From positions 52,910 through 116,909 of the forward strand of contig CAZAXL010000001.1 of assembly GCA_964489145.1 (NCBI GenBank): a stretch of 64,000 bases of DNA, read 5' to 3'. A program made the translations under genes and the position numbers. This document shows, piece after piece, positions 8,929 to 19,144 of this stretch (its first letter is position 1; every line of letters begins with the position of its first letter). The notes beneath the pieces are model-generated. The model was given only the letters and a program-made list of their open reading frames with translations. It had not been told where the DNA came from and did no database searches. Source of the DNA: an uncultured Gammaproteobacteria bacterium. Its GTDB lineage: Bacteria > Patescibacteriota > Microgenomatia > UBA8517.

Positions 8929-9231
8929 TTAAAAAATAAGCATTGCTCCAAAAAATACCAGGAGGAATCCAAAGAGCCAAATGGTGGTTGAAATTACTGT
9001 ATCCAATGCTTCCTTTTTCTTGTCAGCTATAAAAAGCTTGTAGGGTTTGTATAAAACTATTGCCGCGCAGATGAGTGCCGACGTGGAAAAAAGAAGAAGG
9101 ACAAGAACCGGAGCGAAATACGAGTTTACTTTACCGAAAATCTCGTTCCCTTTCCAAAATATAAGTCCGACAAGGGCGCAGTAAAGGAAAACTTCCAGAG
9201 CTTGCAAAAAACCTCGCCTATTAAATAGCAT
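8929..9231 (-). CDS. Small hypothetical membrane protein (3 predicted TM segments). Last gene of the dcw-strand operon.
   Basis: 100 aa of hydrophobic stretches, co-directional and tightly spaced after the Cys-rich gene. Confidence 0.45.
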   Translation of the reverse strand: MLFNRRGFLQALEVFLYCALVGLIFWKGNEIFGKVNSYFAPVLVLLLFSTSALICAAIVLYKPYKLFIADKKKEALDTVISTTIWLFGFLLVFFGAMLIF

Positions 9232-9245
9232 TAATACATTATACC

Positions 9246-9629
9246 TTACTCGACCGGTTCAATAAAAATCGGAGATAATCCATTTTCTTTCCTGATAATG
9301 TTGCAGTCGGAACATCCGATTGCGAAGTTGCGAGCGGCATATTCGCGCTCATCATGTTTCAGACAAGATCCATCAGAAAGTCTATTCGGACAAGGGCCGT
9401 TTATTACAAGTACGTAAAAATCTCCTCCCTCAAGACCTTTTCTGGAATATTCTGTGTAATACAAACTCTGCAGGTTATCTTTCTTAATTTGTGCAAGTTC
9501 TTTCATCGAATCAACGTGAATTGCTGTGGGGAAAACTCTGGTTTTTTCCGATTTTGTGATCTCAATATCAATATCCTGACAGCAAAAACCCGGACAACCG
9601 GATTTTACACAAGGATTTCTTTCGGGCAT
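9246..9629 (-). CDS. Cys-rich putative Fe/Zn-chelating protein (YkgJ/UPF0153-like). Its start codon overlaps the ftsZ stop (TAATG).
   Basis: 127 aa with two Cys clusters, CVKSGCPGFCC and GPCPNRLSDGSC...GCSDC. The pattern resembles the CxxCxxCC-family putative metal-chelating domain. The 1-nt overlap with ftsZ suggests translational coupling. Confidence 0.5.
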   Translation of the reverse strand: MPERNPCVKSGCPGFCCQDIDIEITKSEKTRVFPTAIHVDSMKELAQIKKDNLQSLYYTEYSRKGLEGGDFYVLVINGPCPNRLSDGSCLKHDEREYAARNFAIGCSDCNIIRKENGLSPIFIEPVE

Positions 9630-10795
9630 TAGCGGATTTTCCTGAGGAACGCTGGGATCTCGAACTTTTCTCCAAAAACATCTTCATCTTTTCCCGAATT
9701 TCCGCCATTTTCCGGTGGCTCGTCACCTTCGTCTTCGTCTTCCCGTTTTTCAGTTATTGATCCAGTCGGCTCGCTGACAACGCCGGAAACTATTGGTCTT
9801 TGAACCGCCGTCTGGCTCATCTGGGCAAGATGGGATCTCGTTTCATCAAACCCCGTGGCAATAACGGTAATTTTGACCTGATCTGAAAGTTCAGATTTTA
9901 TAACGGCTCCAAAAATTACATTTGCATCCGGGTCGGCCGCCGAGGAAATAATTCTTGCCGCCTCATCTACCTCAAACATTGTAAGGTCATTGCCTCCGGC
10001 AACATTGAAAAGAACTCCGCGCGCACCCTCAATCGAAAGATCGAGAAGTGGTGAGGAAACTGCCGCTCTCGCTGCCATTTGGGCTCTATTCTCCCCGACT
10101 CCGGTTCCGATACCAAGAAGGGCACTTCCGGCGTCTTTCATAATTGCCTTGACGTCGGCAAAGTCTACGTTAACAAGTCCAGCGGTTGTAATAATATCGG
10201 CTATTCCCCCGACACCTTGTCCCAAAACCGAATCTACTACCTTAAAAGCCTCAAGAAGAGTCATCTTCCTGTCAATCACGTCCATAAGCCTCTGATTTGG
10301 GATTACTATCAGGGTATCCGTCGCCTCTTTTAGTCTTTCTATGCCGTCCTCCGCTGCGATCATTCTTCTTGTTCCCTCAAAAGCAAAGGGTTTTGTGACG
10401 ACTCCTATAGTCAAAGCTCCCGCCTCTTTGGCAAGCTGGGCTACAATCGAAGCCGCTCCAGTTCCGGTTCCCCCGCCCATTCCCGCGGTAACAAATACCA
10501 TCTCCGTATCAATAAGAAGTTCTTTAATTTTTTCAACGGATTCCTCCGCTGCCTGACGGCCAACTTCAGGATTGCCCCCAACTCCCAAACCTTTGGTCAA
10601 CTTTTCACCGATTTGAAGTTTTGTTGGGGCTTTATTGTTAAGAAGAACTTGCGCGTCCGTATTTATGGCGACAAACTCCACGCCGTTGACCGTGCCAGAT
10701 TCTATCATTGAAGATATTGCGTTTCCGCCTCCACCACCGACGCCAATTACTTTGATTTTTGCTATTCTTGCGGAATCCGGTTTAACAAGTGCCAT
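9629..10795 (-). CDS. ftsZ: Cell division protein FtsZ
   Basis: Tubulin signature [11 protein letters not shown]7 loop, and an acidic C-terminal tail with a conserved C-terminal peptide (DIPAFLRK). Confidence 0.95.
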   Translation of the reverse strand: MALVKPDSARIAKIKVIGVGGGGGNAISSMIESGTVNGVEFVAINTDAQVLLNNKAPTKLQIGEKLTKGLGVGGNPEVGRQAAEESVEKIKELLIDTEMVFVTAGMGGGTGTGAASIVAQLAKEAGALTIGVVTKPFAFEGTRRMIAAEDGIERLKEATDTLIVIPNQRLMDVIDRKMTLLEAFKVVDSVLGQGVGGIADIITTAGLVNVDFADVKAIMKDAGSALLGIGTGVGENRAQMAARAAVSSPLLDLSIEGARGVLFNVAGGNDLTMFEVDEAARIISSAADPDANVIFGAVIKSELSDQVKITVIATGFDETRSHLAQMSQTAVQRPIVSGVVSEPTGSITEKREDEDEGDEPPENGGNSGKDEDVFGEKFEIPAFLRKIR

Positions 10796-10867
10796 AAAAT
10801 TTATATTTTATAATTTATAATAAAAAACTATACGTGGCAGAATTGTACCTTGGGCAGAAGGAAAACA

Positions 10868-10891
10868 CAAGCCTGCCTACTGGCAGGCTAA
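10868..10891 (-). terminator. Intrinsic terminator/attenuator hairpin immediately after the ftsA stop, in the ftsA-ftsZ spacer
   Basis: On the minus-strand RNA: UAG-UUA-GCCUGCC-AGUA-GGCAGGC-UUGUGUUUUCCUUCU. This is a 7-bp GC-rich stem (10871-10877 / 10882-10888) followed by a U-rich tract. An AT-rich TATAAA/TATAAT-containing region (10796-10835) then precedes the ftsZ ATG. Confidence 0.45.
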
Positions 10892-12154
10892 CTATGGTAA
10901 AAGATTTTTAATGTTGTCAATCAGTTTACCAAAAACTCCAACCGAGGGTAGTTTCATCTTTTTTGAGAAACTTGTCAAGTTCTCCGCAGGCCTCGCTTTT
11001 GCCCCATAACGCAAGAGTCCTACACAAGTTGAAAATGAAGGGGTGATGACGTCATCAATCAGCCCTCCCACGCCTTTGGGTACGCCAATTCTTACCGGAA
11101 CGGAAAGAACGCGTCTGGCAGAGTCGACTGCCCCCGCGGTTTCAGCTCCGCCTCCGGTAATTATCGCCCCTGAAGGAATCCTGTTGACAACTCCTTCTTT
11201 TTCAAGTTCTAACTTAACCATGGAAAAAATTTCATTTAATCGCGGCCTGATTATTCCCTCAACTAGAGTCTTTTTGGATATTTTCCTGATCTCTGTAATA
11301 TTCAGCCCGGCCAGATCCAGTTCATCGCTTTCCTCTTTGTCTTTTTTCTTTTCATCGGAAAGAGCTATTTTGATTTTCTCAGCTGTTTCCAGAGAAACCC
11401 TAAGGCCAATCGCCAAATCATTGGTCACATTTCTGGCTCCAATCGGGATAACTCCCGAATAAACAATTGCGCCTTCCATATATGCGGCAATAGAAGTGGT
11501 ACCTCCTCCGATATCTATAAGGACACATCCCAGTTCTTTTTCGGTGGGGGTTAGTACCGCCTCGGCTGAGGCTAGTCCCGAAAAAACCGTTTCTTCAATT
11601 TTTATTCCAACCTCGTTTATGGCTTTTTTGGCATTTTTCAAAGCGGCCGAGGCTGCCGAAACTATATGGGTATCAACCTCAAGCCTTACCCCGCTCATGC
11701 CGACAGCGTCGCGTACACCGGACTCTCCGTCAACAATAAATTCTCTGGGAACTACAAAAATAACCTCACGGGATACCGGCAGAGAAATCGCGGATGCGGC
11801 TTCGATTGCCCTATCAACATCACTCTCCGTTATTTCACCATTAGGGTCCGACACGGCCACAACCCCATGTGAATTTTGTGAATGGATATGGGCACCTCCT
11901 ATGGAAACGTAAGCCGTTTCAAGATTGTATCCCGCCATGCGCTCGGCGGCCTCTATTGAGGTAATGGTTGCCTCGACTGCCTCTTCAATGTCCACAATCT
12001 GTCCTTTTTTAATTCCTTTGGATTCCGACTGTGAGGCACCAACCACATTAATTGAAGTTTCACCCGTCACAGGATCCCCGATTACTTGACCTACGAGGGT
12101 CGCGATTTTACTCGACCCCATGTCTATAGCAGCAACTATTCTTGGTTTACTCAT
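10892..12154 (-). CDS. ftsA: Cell division protein FtsA (actin-like ATPase)
   Basis: 420 aa. Phosphate-1 motif AIDMGSSKI, DIGGGTT, and position between ftsQ and ftsZ. Confidence 0.9.
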   Translation of the reverse strand: MSKPRIVAAIDMGSSKIATLVGQVIGDPVTGETSINVVGASQSESKGIKKGQIVDIEEAVEATITSIEAAERMAGYNLETAYVSIGGAHIHSQNSHGVVAVSDPNGEITESDVDRAIEAASAISLPVSREVIFVVPREFIVDGESGVRDAVGMSGVRLEVDTHIVSAASAALKNAKKAINEVGIKIEETVFSGLASAEAVLTPTEKELGCVLIDIGGGTTSIAAYMEGAIVYSGVIPIGARNVTNDLAIGLRVSLETAEKIKIALSDEKKKDKEESDELDLAGLNITEIRKISKKTLVEGIIRPRLNEIFSMVKLELEKEGVVNRIPSGAIITGGGAETAGAVDSARRVLSVPVRIGVPKGVGGLIDDVITPSFSTCVGLLRYGAKARPAENLTSFSKKMKLPSVGVFGKLIDNIKNLLP

Positions 12155-12180
12155 TTTTTTAATTAGATCACTTTGATTAC

Positions 12181-12852
12181 TTATCTTAATACAGGATTTC
12201 TGTAACGCAAGTCAATCTGCGAATACAAAGTTTTATTTTCTCCGCTTTGAATATTCGAGTATATAAGCCTCAGGGAACCTAAGAGGATCTCCCTATCGGC
12301 ACCCACTAAAGGAAATATTACTCTGATAGGGCCTGTCAGATCAACAAGCAAAGTATCTCCTTCGATAGTACTTGATCCTATTTGATACATTTTATATACA
12401 CCGTCGGTAAGTTGTAAAGCAAAAAAATCTTTATCATTAACTCTTTCCCCTTCTTTAGGCAAACTGCCGCCCGTAATTACCCTGGGTAGAGAAGTTTCAC
12501 CGGATACATTAAGTACATATCCGTCTTTATCAACAAGGGCAAAAGTCTCAGAGGATTTGTTTTTTAGGGCAAATACGGGTTTTTTTATAATCAAGTCAAC
12601 CCTTAAGATGTTCGGAAGCTTGAATTGAATCGTAAATCCTGAAACCAAAAAGTTTGATTTTAAATTTTTCTTAATCTCTCTTTCGGCAAAAAACATTGTT
12701 TTTCCGTTTAGAGGGGTTAATCGGTCGGAAATTGCCGGCGGACAAGCCCCAAATTGGGTCTTACAATCTATCCGGATTTTTATAAAAAATCTGGGAAGAA
12801 ATATCACCAAAACCAGTAAAAACAGGGCTAACGGCAGGATAATTTTTTTCAC
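12181..12852 (-). CDS. ftsQ: Cell division protein FtsQ/DivIB-like (single N-terminal TM plus POTRA-like region)
   Basis: 223 aa with an N-terminal TM segment. The call rests mainly on its conserved position between murG and ftsA. Confidence 0.6.
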   Translation of the reverse strand: MKKIILPLALFLLVLVIFLPRFFIKIRIDCKTQFGACPPAISDRLTPLNGKTMFFAEREIKKNLKSNFLVSGFTIQFKLPNILRVDLIIKKPVFALKNKSSETFALVDKDGYVLNVSGETSLPRVITGGSLPKEGERVNDKDFFALQLTDGVYKMYQIGSSTIEGDTLLVDLTGPIRVIFPLVGADREILLGSLRLIYSNIQSGENKTLYSQIDLRYRNPVLR

Positions 12853-13952
12853 TTCATATAGTTTCCGACCAAATTTACAAGACTCTTGGATGCCCCAAAA
12901 TCCGGGCTTATCTTTCCCTTTACGTTCTTGATAATTTCAGGAAACTTGATGATCCTGTTTTCGATTGCGCTGAGGAGCTTTTCGGGGGTTAGCTTGTCCT
13001 GGGGAATTATTTCGGCAATCCCCCATTTTTTGGCAATTTTTGCATTCTCGGTCTGCTCATCAAGGAAGCTTATGGGAAGAGGGATCAAAATTGCGGGACG
13101 TTTGACCAGCATTATCTCGGACACCGTATTGGCTCCGGCCCGGCTGACAACAACTGAGGCTTGAGAATAAATTTTCGAAATCTCCAAAGGATTAACGCGT
13201 ATAAAAACTTCATAATTATCCCTTAAGGCCTGGGGGAGCTTTTGCTTAATATCGGAGAACTTCAGATAGTCAATGCCTCCGGTTTGGTGAATTATTTTAT
13301 ATTTGGTCAAAAGTGTCCTTAGAATTTTCTCGAGAGCCAGATTGATGCTTTGCGAACCACGCGATCCTCCAGTAACAAAAATCACAGGCGGGTCCGCCGG
13401 TTTTTCGGCCGGCTTAACCATTCTTATATCTTTCATTACAGGGTTTCCCGTAATTTCGCACTTGGAGCCCAGGAAATACTTTTTACTTTCACTCCTGGCC
13501 AGAGTAATTCTGGCGGCAAACCTTGCGGAGGCCAAATTTGCCCGTCCGGCGGCTGAAGTTTGTTCATGAATAATAACCGGGATTCCCAAAAGTTTAGCAT
13601 TAAATACGACAGGAAAAGAAGCAAATCCGCCAAATGAAAGCACCGTCTTTGGTTTGATCTTCACCAGGTAATAGAGGGACTGAACAAAGCCTATCGGAAT
13701 TTTTAAATACGATGGGATAGTCCACACGGTAAACCTTCGCTGAAGCCTGCCTGTGGTCAACGGCAAAAATTTTACGCCAAGCCGAGGCAAAACTTCGGAT
13801 TCCAGCGTCACAACTTTTTTCCCCTCAATCGCATTTTTTACCCCAATCCAGTAGAGCCTCCAGTCTTTATTCTGCGATTTTATTTCCTCAACAACTGCAA
13901 CTGCGGTTGTTGCGGCATGTCCGCCGGTAAGAACCAGTCTATTTTTGCTCAT
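12849..13952 (-). CDS. murG: UDP-GlcNAc:undecaprenyl-PP-MurNAc-pentapeptide GlcNAc transferase MurG (GT28)
   Basis: N-terminal LTGGHAATT (GGTGGH-type motif) and GT-B fold. Overlaps ftsQ by 4 nt. Confidence 0.9.
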   Translation of the reverse strand: MSKNRLVLTGGHAATTAVAVVEEIKSQNKDWRLYWIGVKNAIEGKKVVTLESEVLPRLGVKFLPLTTGRLQRRFTVWTIPSYLKIPIGFVQSLYYLVKIKPKTVLSFGGFASFPVVFNAKLLGIPVIIHEQTSAAGRANLASARFAARITLARSESKKYFLGSKCEITGNPVMKDIRMVKPAEKPADPPVIFVTGGSRGSQSINLALEKILRTLLTKYKIIHQTGGIDYLKFSDIKQKLPQALRDNYEVFIRVNPLEISKIYSQASVVVSRAGANTVSEIMLVKRPAILIPLPISFLDEQTENAKIAKKWGIAEIIPQDKLTPEKLLSAIENRIIKFPEIIKNVKGKISPDFGASKSLVNLVGNYMK

Positions 13953-15045
13953 GGGTCGTAAATTTCGATATATTTAGTAGTATACCGCAAGCGGAAAGTA
14001 TCATCACCAAACTGCTTCCCCCATAGGAAAAAAACGGCAAAGGGATTCCGGTTAAAGGGACCAGTGAAACCATCGAGCCAATATTTAAAAACGCCTGTCC
14101 GCCAATCCATGCCGAAATTCCGACGGCGAGGACTGAAGCAAATTTATCCGGCGCGTTTTTGGCAATTCGAAGCCCTCTAATCACAAAAAACACAAAAAGG
14201 AATATGATAACCGAGGCGCCTACCAAACCCAATTCCTCGGCAATTACGGCAAAAATAGAGTCTGTTGAGGCTTCAGGTAAAAATGAATATTTTTGGCGTG
14301 ATGCGCCAAAACCAACCCCGAAAATTCCTCCCGAACCAAGCGCTAAAAGAACTTGTCTAATATGATAAGACTTACCCAAAGGGTCGGCTGTACTTTCCAA
14401 AAATGTCGATAATCTGGCGCGTCTGTAGGGAGAGGCCAGAATTAACAAGAATGTGGCCAGGCTCCCGGCCGCTGCCGCCCCTATGACATAAAGAAGGCCT
14501 ACATCCGCCACAAAAATCTGGGAAAATCCTATAACCAGGACCACAAGTGTTGTCCCCAAATCGGGTTGCAGCATAATGAGCCCTGCGATTAGCACTAGTG
14601 GAATAAAATACGCAAGCGGGGATTTTTTACTTGCGGCAACTTTGGCAAGATATATTGCAACCGTAAATTTCACAAGTTCCGAGGGCTGAAAGTTAACGGG
14701 GCCAAAACTGATCCAGCGCCTGGCTCCAAGCGCCGAAATGCCAAAGCGCTGCAACAAAACCAGAACAAGAAGTATTAAAGAAAGAAAGAAAAGTGGTGTT
14801 CCTATTTTTTCCCAAAAAGTATATTTTATTCTCGAAACAACAAAAAAAGCCGCCATCCCGATACCGGCTGAGAGAATTTGCTGCTTCAACAAATAAAATT
14901 TATCTCCGTAGTTGCTTAAGGATTGCGGAGCCGAAACATCGGCAACCGCAATTATTCCCAGGACAACGAATGCTATGACAAGAAAAAATAATTTATTGTC
15001 AAAAGACTTGTTTTGCTTTGAAAGTGTCAGTTTTCTATTTCTCAC
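13939..15045 (-). CDS. ftsW: SEDS-family lipid II polymerase FtsW
   Basis: 368 aa polytopic protein with SEDS C-terminal motifs (PEASTDSIFAVIAEELGLVG, PLTGIPLPFFSYGGSS). Canonical dcw position between mraY and murG. Confidence 0.85.
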   Translation of the reverse strand: MRNRKLTLSKQNKSFDNKLFFLVIAFVVLGIIAVADVSAPQSLSNYGDKFYLLKQQILSAGIGMAAFFVVSRIKYTFWEKIGTPLFFLSLILLVLVLLQRFGISALGARRWISFGPVNFQPSELVKFTVAIYLAKVAASKKSPLAYFIPLVLIAGLIMLQPDLGTTLVVLVIGFSQIFVADVGLLYVIGAAAAGSLATFLLILASPYRRARLSTFLESTADPLGKSYHIRQVLLALGSGGIFGVGFGASRQKYSFLPEASTDSIFAVIAEELGLVGASVIIFLFVFFVIRGLRIAKNAPDKFASVLAVGISAWIGGQAFLNIGSMVSLVPLTGIPLPFFSYGGSSLVMILSACGILLNISKFTTHEQK

Positions 15046-15056
15046 TTAAGATAAAC

Positions 15057-16106
15057 TTACATTGTCGCCAGCCAGAGTCCGAACACTCCCAAAAGAAGGC
15101 CCAGAATCCATGCACGTATAACAATTTTGGGCTCTTTCCAGCCTCTTGCCAGAAAAGTGTGGTGAATTGGAGCCAAAGGAAAGATGGGTCTTTTCAAATA
15201 TTTCCAACCCAAAATTTGAATAAGAGAAGTGGTGGCTTCAATGACAAAAATTCCCCCGACGACAACAAGCGCCAAGATTTTTCCTGTAATAAGACCTATT
15301 ACCGCCAGCATTGCCCCAAAAGAAAGGGCTCCGGCATCCCCCAGAAAAATTCTTGCCGGCCAGACATTAAAGTATAAAAACGCGAATAGAGCACCCACCC
15401 AGAGTGAAATAAAGAAGAGAAGCGGAGTATCCAGATTTCCGATTGCAATTACTTCAAATACGCCAAGGCAGATCAGCAAAAGCCCTGTGGAGAGTCCGTC
15501 AAGTCCGTCGGTAATATTAAAGGCGTTTGAAAACGCGACGATAACGAAAGCCGAAAACGGTATATACCATATACCCAAATCCCAAACCATATCAAAGCCG
15601 GGAATGTTGACGATATGAACTCCTAAATATTTATATATGAAAAAACCCAAAAGAAGACCAAGGATCCACTGTAAAATGAATTTTTGTCTGCGTCTGAGGC
15701 CAAACCAAAGTCCTAAAACGCCTTTTGTGGGCTTGCTGAAAACTTTCAAAAGATCATCGGACAATCCAAGAAGCCCAAAAGAAATAAAAGCAAAAAATAT
15801 TACAAAAAGCTCCGCTCTCAGCGAAAACGAACTTTTGACAAAAAGTCCTAAAAATGATGCCAGCGGGAAAGAAATCGCAAAAAGTATTGTAACTACAGCA
15901 ATAATCAAAATTCCACCCCCTACAGGAGTGCCTTCTTTAATATCGTGAAGTTTATCAAAAAGAGGCACTTTTCCATGTTCCGGAGCCTCTTTCCTTCTTG
16001 TAAGCTTCAACCTATAAAGCAAATTAATAAAGGGGACTATCAATACACCGCAGATAAGAAAGGAGAAAATTATAAGCCCCAAATTTAGAGTTAAATAGTT
16101 TGTCAT
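15057..16106 (-). CDS. mraY: Phospho-N-acetylmuramoyl-pentapeptide transferase MraY
   Basis: NAFNITDGLDGL and DDLLKVF motifs; 10-TM topology. Confidence 0.95.
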   Translation of the reverse strand: MTNYLTLNLGLIIFSFLICGVLIVPFINLLYRLKLTRRKEAPEHGKVPLFDKLHDIKEGTPVGGGILIIAVVTILFAISFPLASFLGLFVKSSFSLRAELFVIFFAFISFGLLGLSDDLLKVFSKPTKGVLGLWFGLRRRQKFILQWILGLLLGFFIYKYLGVHIVNIPGFDMVWDLGIWYIPFSAFVIVAFSNAFNITDGLDGLSTGLLLICLGVFEVIAIGNLDTPLLFFISLWVGALFAFLYFNVWPARIFLGDAGALSFGAMLAVIGLITGKILALVVVGGIFVIEATTSLIQILGWKYLKRPIFPLAPIHHTFLARGWKEPKIVIRAWILGLLLGVFGLWLATM

Positions 16107-16132
16107 ACGGACCAGTTAGATTATAACAGCAT

Positions 16133-17353
16133 TCATTTTAAGGCATCAACAAGCTTGTCAAGATGAATGGAGCGTGAACCCTTTACAAAAAGGGCAGAAT
16201 TTTTGTCCAAAATTGGCTTAACAATCTCCAAAGCTTCAAGATAATCCGCCACTAAAAAGCAATTTTTATTTCCCCACTCACGGGAGGCTTCGTCTACCAT
16301 AAATCTTGCGGCATTGCCGACTCCGATAACGCAGTCAAATTTCATTTTTCCGACTTTTTTACCAAGTTCTCTGTGTGCACTTTCCTCAAATTTACCCAGC
16401 TCGAGCATGTCTCCAATTACAGCTATTTTCTTTTTACCCTTGGAAACTATCTCAAAAGTATCCAGGGATTCATTCGCCGCTTTAGGATTGCTGTTATAGC
16501 TGTCATCAAATATAATTCCGTACAACTTACTTCTAAAAATATTAAGCCTATGAGTCGGAGGCTTAAAAAGTTCTATTCCCCGGACAATTTGATTAATGCC
16601 TATACCAAGACTGTCGGCTGCGGCGGCAGAAGCCAGGGCATTGCTCACAAATTGGCTTCCCAATGCTTTCATATGAACAGTTTTTGTACTCTCATTAATT
16701 ACTAGGGTAAAATTAGTACTCAAATCAGGATTCAATCTGATATTTTTTGCATAAATATTGGCAGTGTTACCAAAAAATGCGACTTTACACGCCTCGCCAT
16801 TCCCCAGTGAGCATACCAGTTTGTCTTCTTTGTTAAGTATGGCTATACCATCAACGGATAGTCCCCTGATTAGTTTTCCTTTTTCACAAGCAACACCTTT
16901 TTCGTCCCCTAAAAATTGAGTGTGGGTAGCAGCGATATTGGTTATGATTCCAACGTCGGGCTTCGCAAGCCAGAGGTAATAATCCATTTCGTTTACATAT
17001 TCCACCGACATTTCAAGGATTAAATATTTTGTATCCGGAGTTGATCTGAGAATCGTGTTGGGGATATTATAAACAGGGTCTACCCCCTCCGCCGACCAAA
17101 CCGTTTTACCGACTCTACTAAGGATTGACGCTAAAATTTCGGTGGTGGTGGTCTTGCCGGTACTACCTGTAATGCCAATTACTTTAATATTTGTGTGTTT
17201 TTGCAAATACTTCAAGTAGGTTCTGGCAAGTCTTCTTTTAATCGGATGCGTCAGCCATTGGGAGACAAAATTATGCCTGGCAAATACATCTTCCGGGGGA
17301 AGCTTTGGAGTTACCCACCATTTGAGGACGGGGTTAATTTTTTTCGATTGCAT
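16133..17353 (-). CDS. murF: UDP-MurNAc-tripeptide--D-Ala-D-Ala ligase MurF
   Basis: Mur ligase P-loop GITGSTGKTTTTE and the central and C-terminal Mur ligase domains. Confidence 0.85.
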   Translation of the reverse strand: MQSKKINPVLKWWVTPKLPPEDVFARHNFVSQWLTHPIKRRLARTYLKYLQKHTNIKVIGITGSTGKTTTTEILASILSRVGKTVWSAEGVDPVYNIPNTILRSTPDTKYLILEMSVEYVNEMDYYLWLAKPDVGIITNIAATHTQFLGDEKGVACEKGKLIRGLSVDGIAILNKEDKLVCSLGNGEACKVAFFGNTANIYAKNIRLNPDLSTNFTLVINESTKTVHMKALGSQFVSNALASAAAADSLGIGINQIVRGIELFKPPTHRLNIFRSKLYGIIFDDSYNSNPKAANESLDTFEIVSKGKKKIAVIGDMLELGKFEESAHRELGKKVGKMKFDCVIGVGNAARFMVDEASREWGNKNCFLVADYLEALEIVKPILDKNSALFVKGSRSIHLDKLVDALK

Positions 17354-17387
17354 CTTTAATCATTTTACATCAGCAAGGCTGATGATT

Positions 17388-18317
17388 CTACGACTTGACT
17401 AAGTCGATGATTATATCGAGCAGACGGGGATATGAAATACCCGCTGCTTTTGCCGCCTTGGGAAAAAGAGACATCGGCGTAAGTCCAGGTATTGTATTGA
17501 TTTCCAAAACAACAGGAATCCTGCCGTCCTTTAAAATAAAATCAACTCTTCCAAAGCCACGGCATCCGACAATCCTGTAAACTTCCAGCGCAATTTTCTG
17601 GATTTTTTCCGTAAGGGTTTTCGAAATTCTAGCCGGAACTATTTCTTCCGACCCGCTTTCGGCATATTTTGATTCATAATCAAAAAAGCTTCCTTTTAGG
17701 GGTTTAATTTCCACGACCGGAAGTGCTATCGGTTTATCGTTGCCTATAACAGCACAGGTAAACTCTCTTCCTTTTATATATTTATCCACTAAAATTCTGT
17801 TGTCATACTTAAACGCCAGGTTCATGGATTTTTTAAGCTCCTTTAAATTTTTTGCCGGCGAAACACCTATCGAGGAACCTCCCTCGACCGGTTTCACAAA
17901 GTAAGGCGGAGCACCCAATGTTTTATAAACACTTTGATATTTTTCACCCTTCTTTAAAAACACATATTCGGGAATGAGTACTTTATGAAAATTCATTAAC
18001 TCCCGGAAAACTTCCTTATCCATTCCAATGGCAGACGCAAGCACGCCCGAACCAACGTATGAAATACCCATTGCTTCAAGGAAACCCTGAATTTTTCCAT
18101 CCTCTCCATATTTTCCGTGAAGGGCTAAAAAGGCGACATCCGGATCAATTTTGACAATTTTATTTAGTCCTTTTCCGTCTTTCGAAATTACCAGAGGATA
18201 AGCCAGATATTTCTTCTTATTTAAGTTTTTTATAACTTCCTTGCCGGACACTATTGATACCTCATGTTCCGATGACTTGCCACCCATTAGTACTGCTATT
18301 TTTAGTTTCTTTTTCAT
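17388..18317 (-). CDS. ddl: D-alanine--D-alanine ligase
   Basis: 309 aa ATP-grasp fold with EINTIPGLTPMSLFPK C-terminal motif. 4-nt overlap with murI. Confidence 0.9.
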   Translation of the reverse strand: MKKKLKIAVLMGGKSSEHEVSIVSGKEVIKNLNKKKYLAYPLVISKDGKGLNKIVKIDPDVAFLALHGKYGEDGKIQGFLEAMGISYVGSGVLASAIGMDKEVFRELMNFHKVLIPEYVFLKKGEKYQSVYKTLGAPPYFVKPVEGGSSIGVSPAKNLKELKKSMNLAFKYDNRILVDKYIKGREFTCAVIGNDKPIALPVVEIKPLKGSFFDYESKYAESGSEEIVPARISKTLTEKIQKIALEVYRIVGCRGFGRVDFILKDGRIPVVLEINTIPGLTPMSLFPKAAKAAGISYPRLLDIIIDLVKS

Positions 18318-19126
18318 TTTGCCAGTTCTACAATTTTTAAATCATTTTTTATCTTTTTCCCCAGAAACATCTCCGCAACCTTTGTGAATCTATCCGTAAG
18401 ATCCGTAACATAGAAGTCAGCAGCTCCCTGTTTTTTTTGCCTGTTCAATAAATTATTTTTTTTAAAAAAATCAAAAACTTCTTTTGCGACAGATTTTCCG
18501 GGATTGATTAAGGTAACACCCTTACCCATTGTTTCACTAATAATATTTTTGATGATGGGGTAGTGAGTACAACCCATGATTAGGGTATCTACTTTTTGTT
18601 TCTTAAGTTCGGACAAATACCCTTTTGCAATAATCTTTAGCGCCTTACCCTCTATCTCCCCTTCTTCAATAAAAGGGACAAAGAGGGGGCACGCTTTTTC
18701 AATAACTTTTGCCCGGGACAAATTTTTGGAGATATTTTTAGCGTAGGCATGGCTCCCTACGGTTCCGTATGTCCCGATAACCCCGATCGAACGGGTGCCT
18801 CGCAAAACTTCATTGGAAGCCGAGCTTATCACCTCAAATATCGGAATTTTTGGAAAAGTACTTTTCAGGAAGTCCGCCGCAACTGCCGAAGATGTGTTAC
18901 AGGCAATTACTACCGCTTTAACATTCTCTCCTATTAAAAATCTGGTATTTTCTTCGGAAAATCGCTTAATTGTTTCTACTCCGCGCGGGCCGTAAGGAAC
19001 CCTGGCGGTATCGCCCAAATACACCAAGTTTTCGTGCGGTAAAATTTTGGTTAGTTCTTTAACTACCGTTAAGCCCCCAAGGCCCGAGTCAAAAACCCCG
19101 ATAGGCTTGCCTTGCTCCTTTTGCAT
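18314..19126 (-). CDS. murI: Glutamate racemase
   Basis: GVFDSGLGGLTV, ACNTSSA and GCTHYP motifs. Confidence 0.9.
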   Translation of the reverse strand: MQKEQGKPIGVFDSGLGGLTVVKELTKILPHENLVYLGDTARVPYGPRGVETIKRFSEENTRFLIGENVKAVVIACNTSSAVAADFLKSTFPKIPIFEVISSASNEVLRGTRSIGVIGTYGTVGSHAYAKNISKNLSRAKVIEKACPLFVPFIEEGEIEGKALKIIAKGYLSELKKQKVDTLIMGCTHYPIIKNIISETMGKGVTLINPGKSVAKEVFDFFKKNNLLNRQKKQGAADFYVTDLTDRFTKVAEMFLGKKIKNDLKIVELAK

Positions 19127-19144
19127 AAGGGTATTATATGATAA

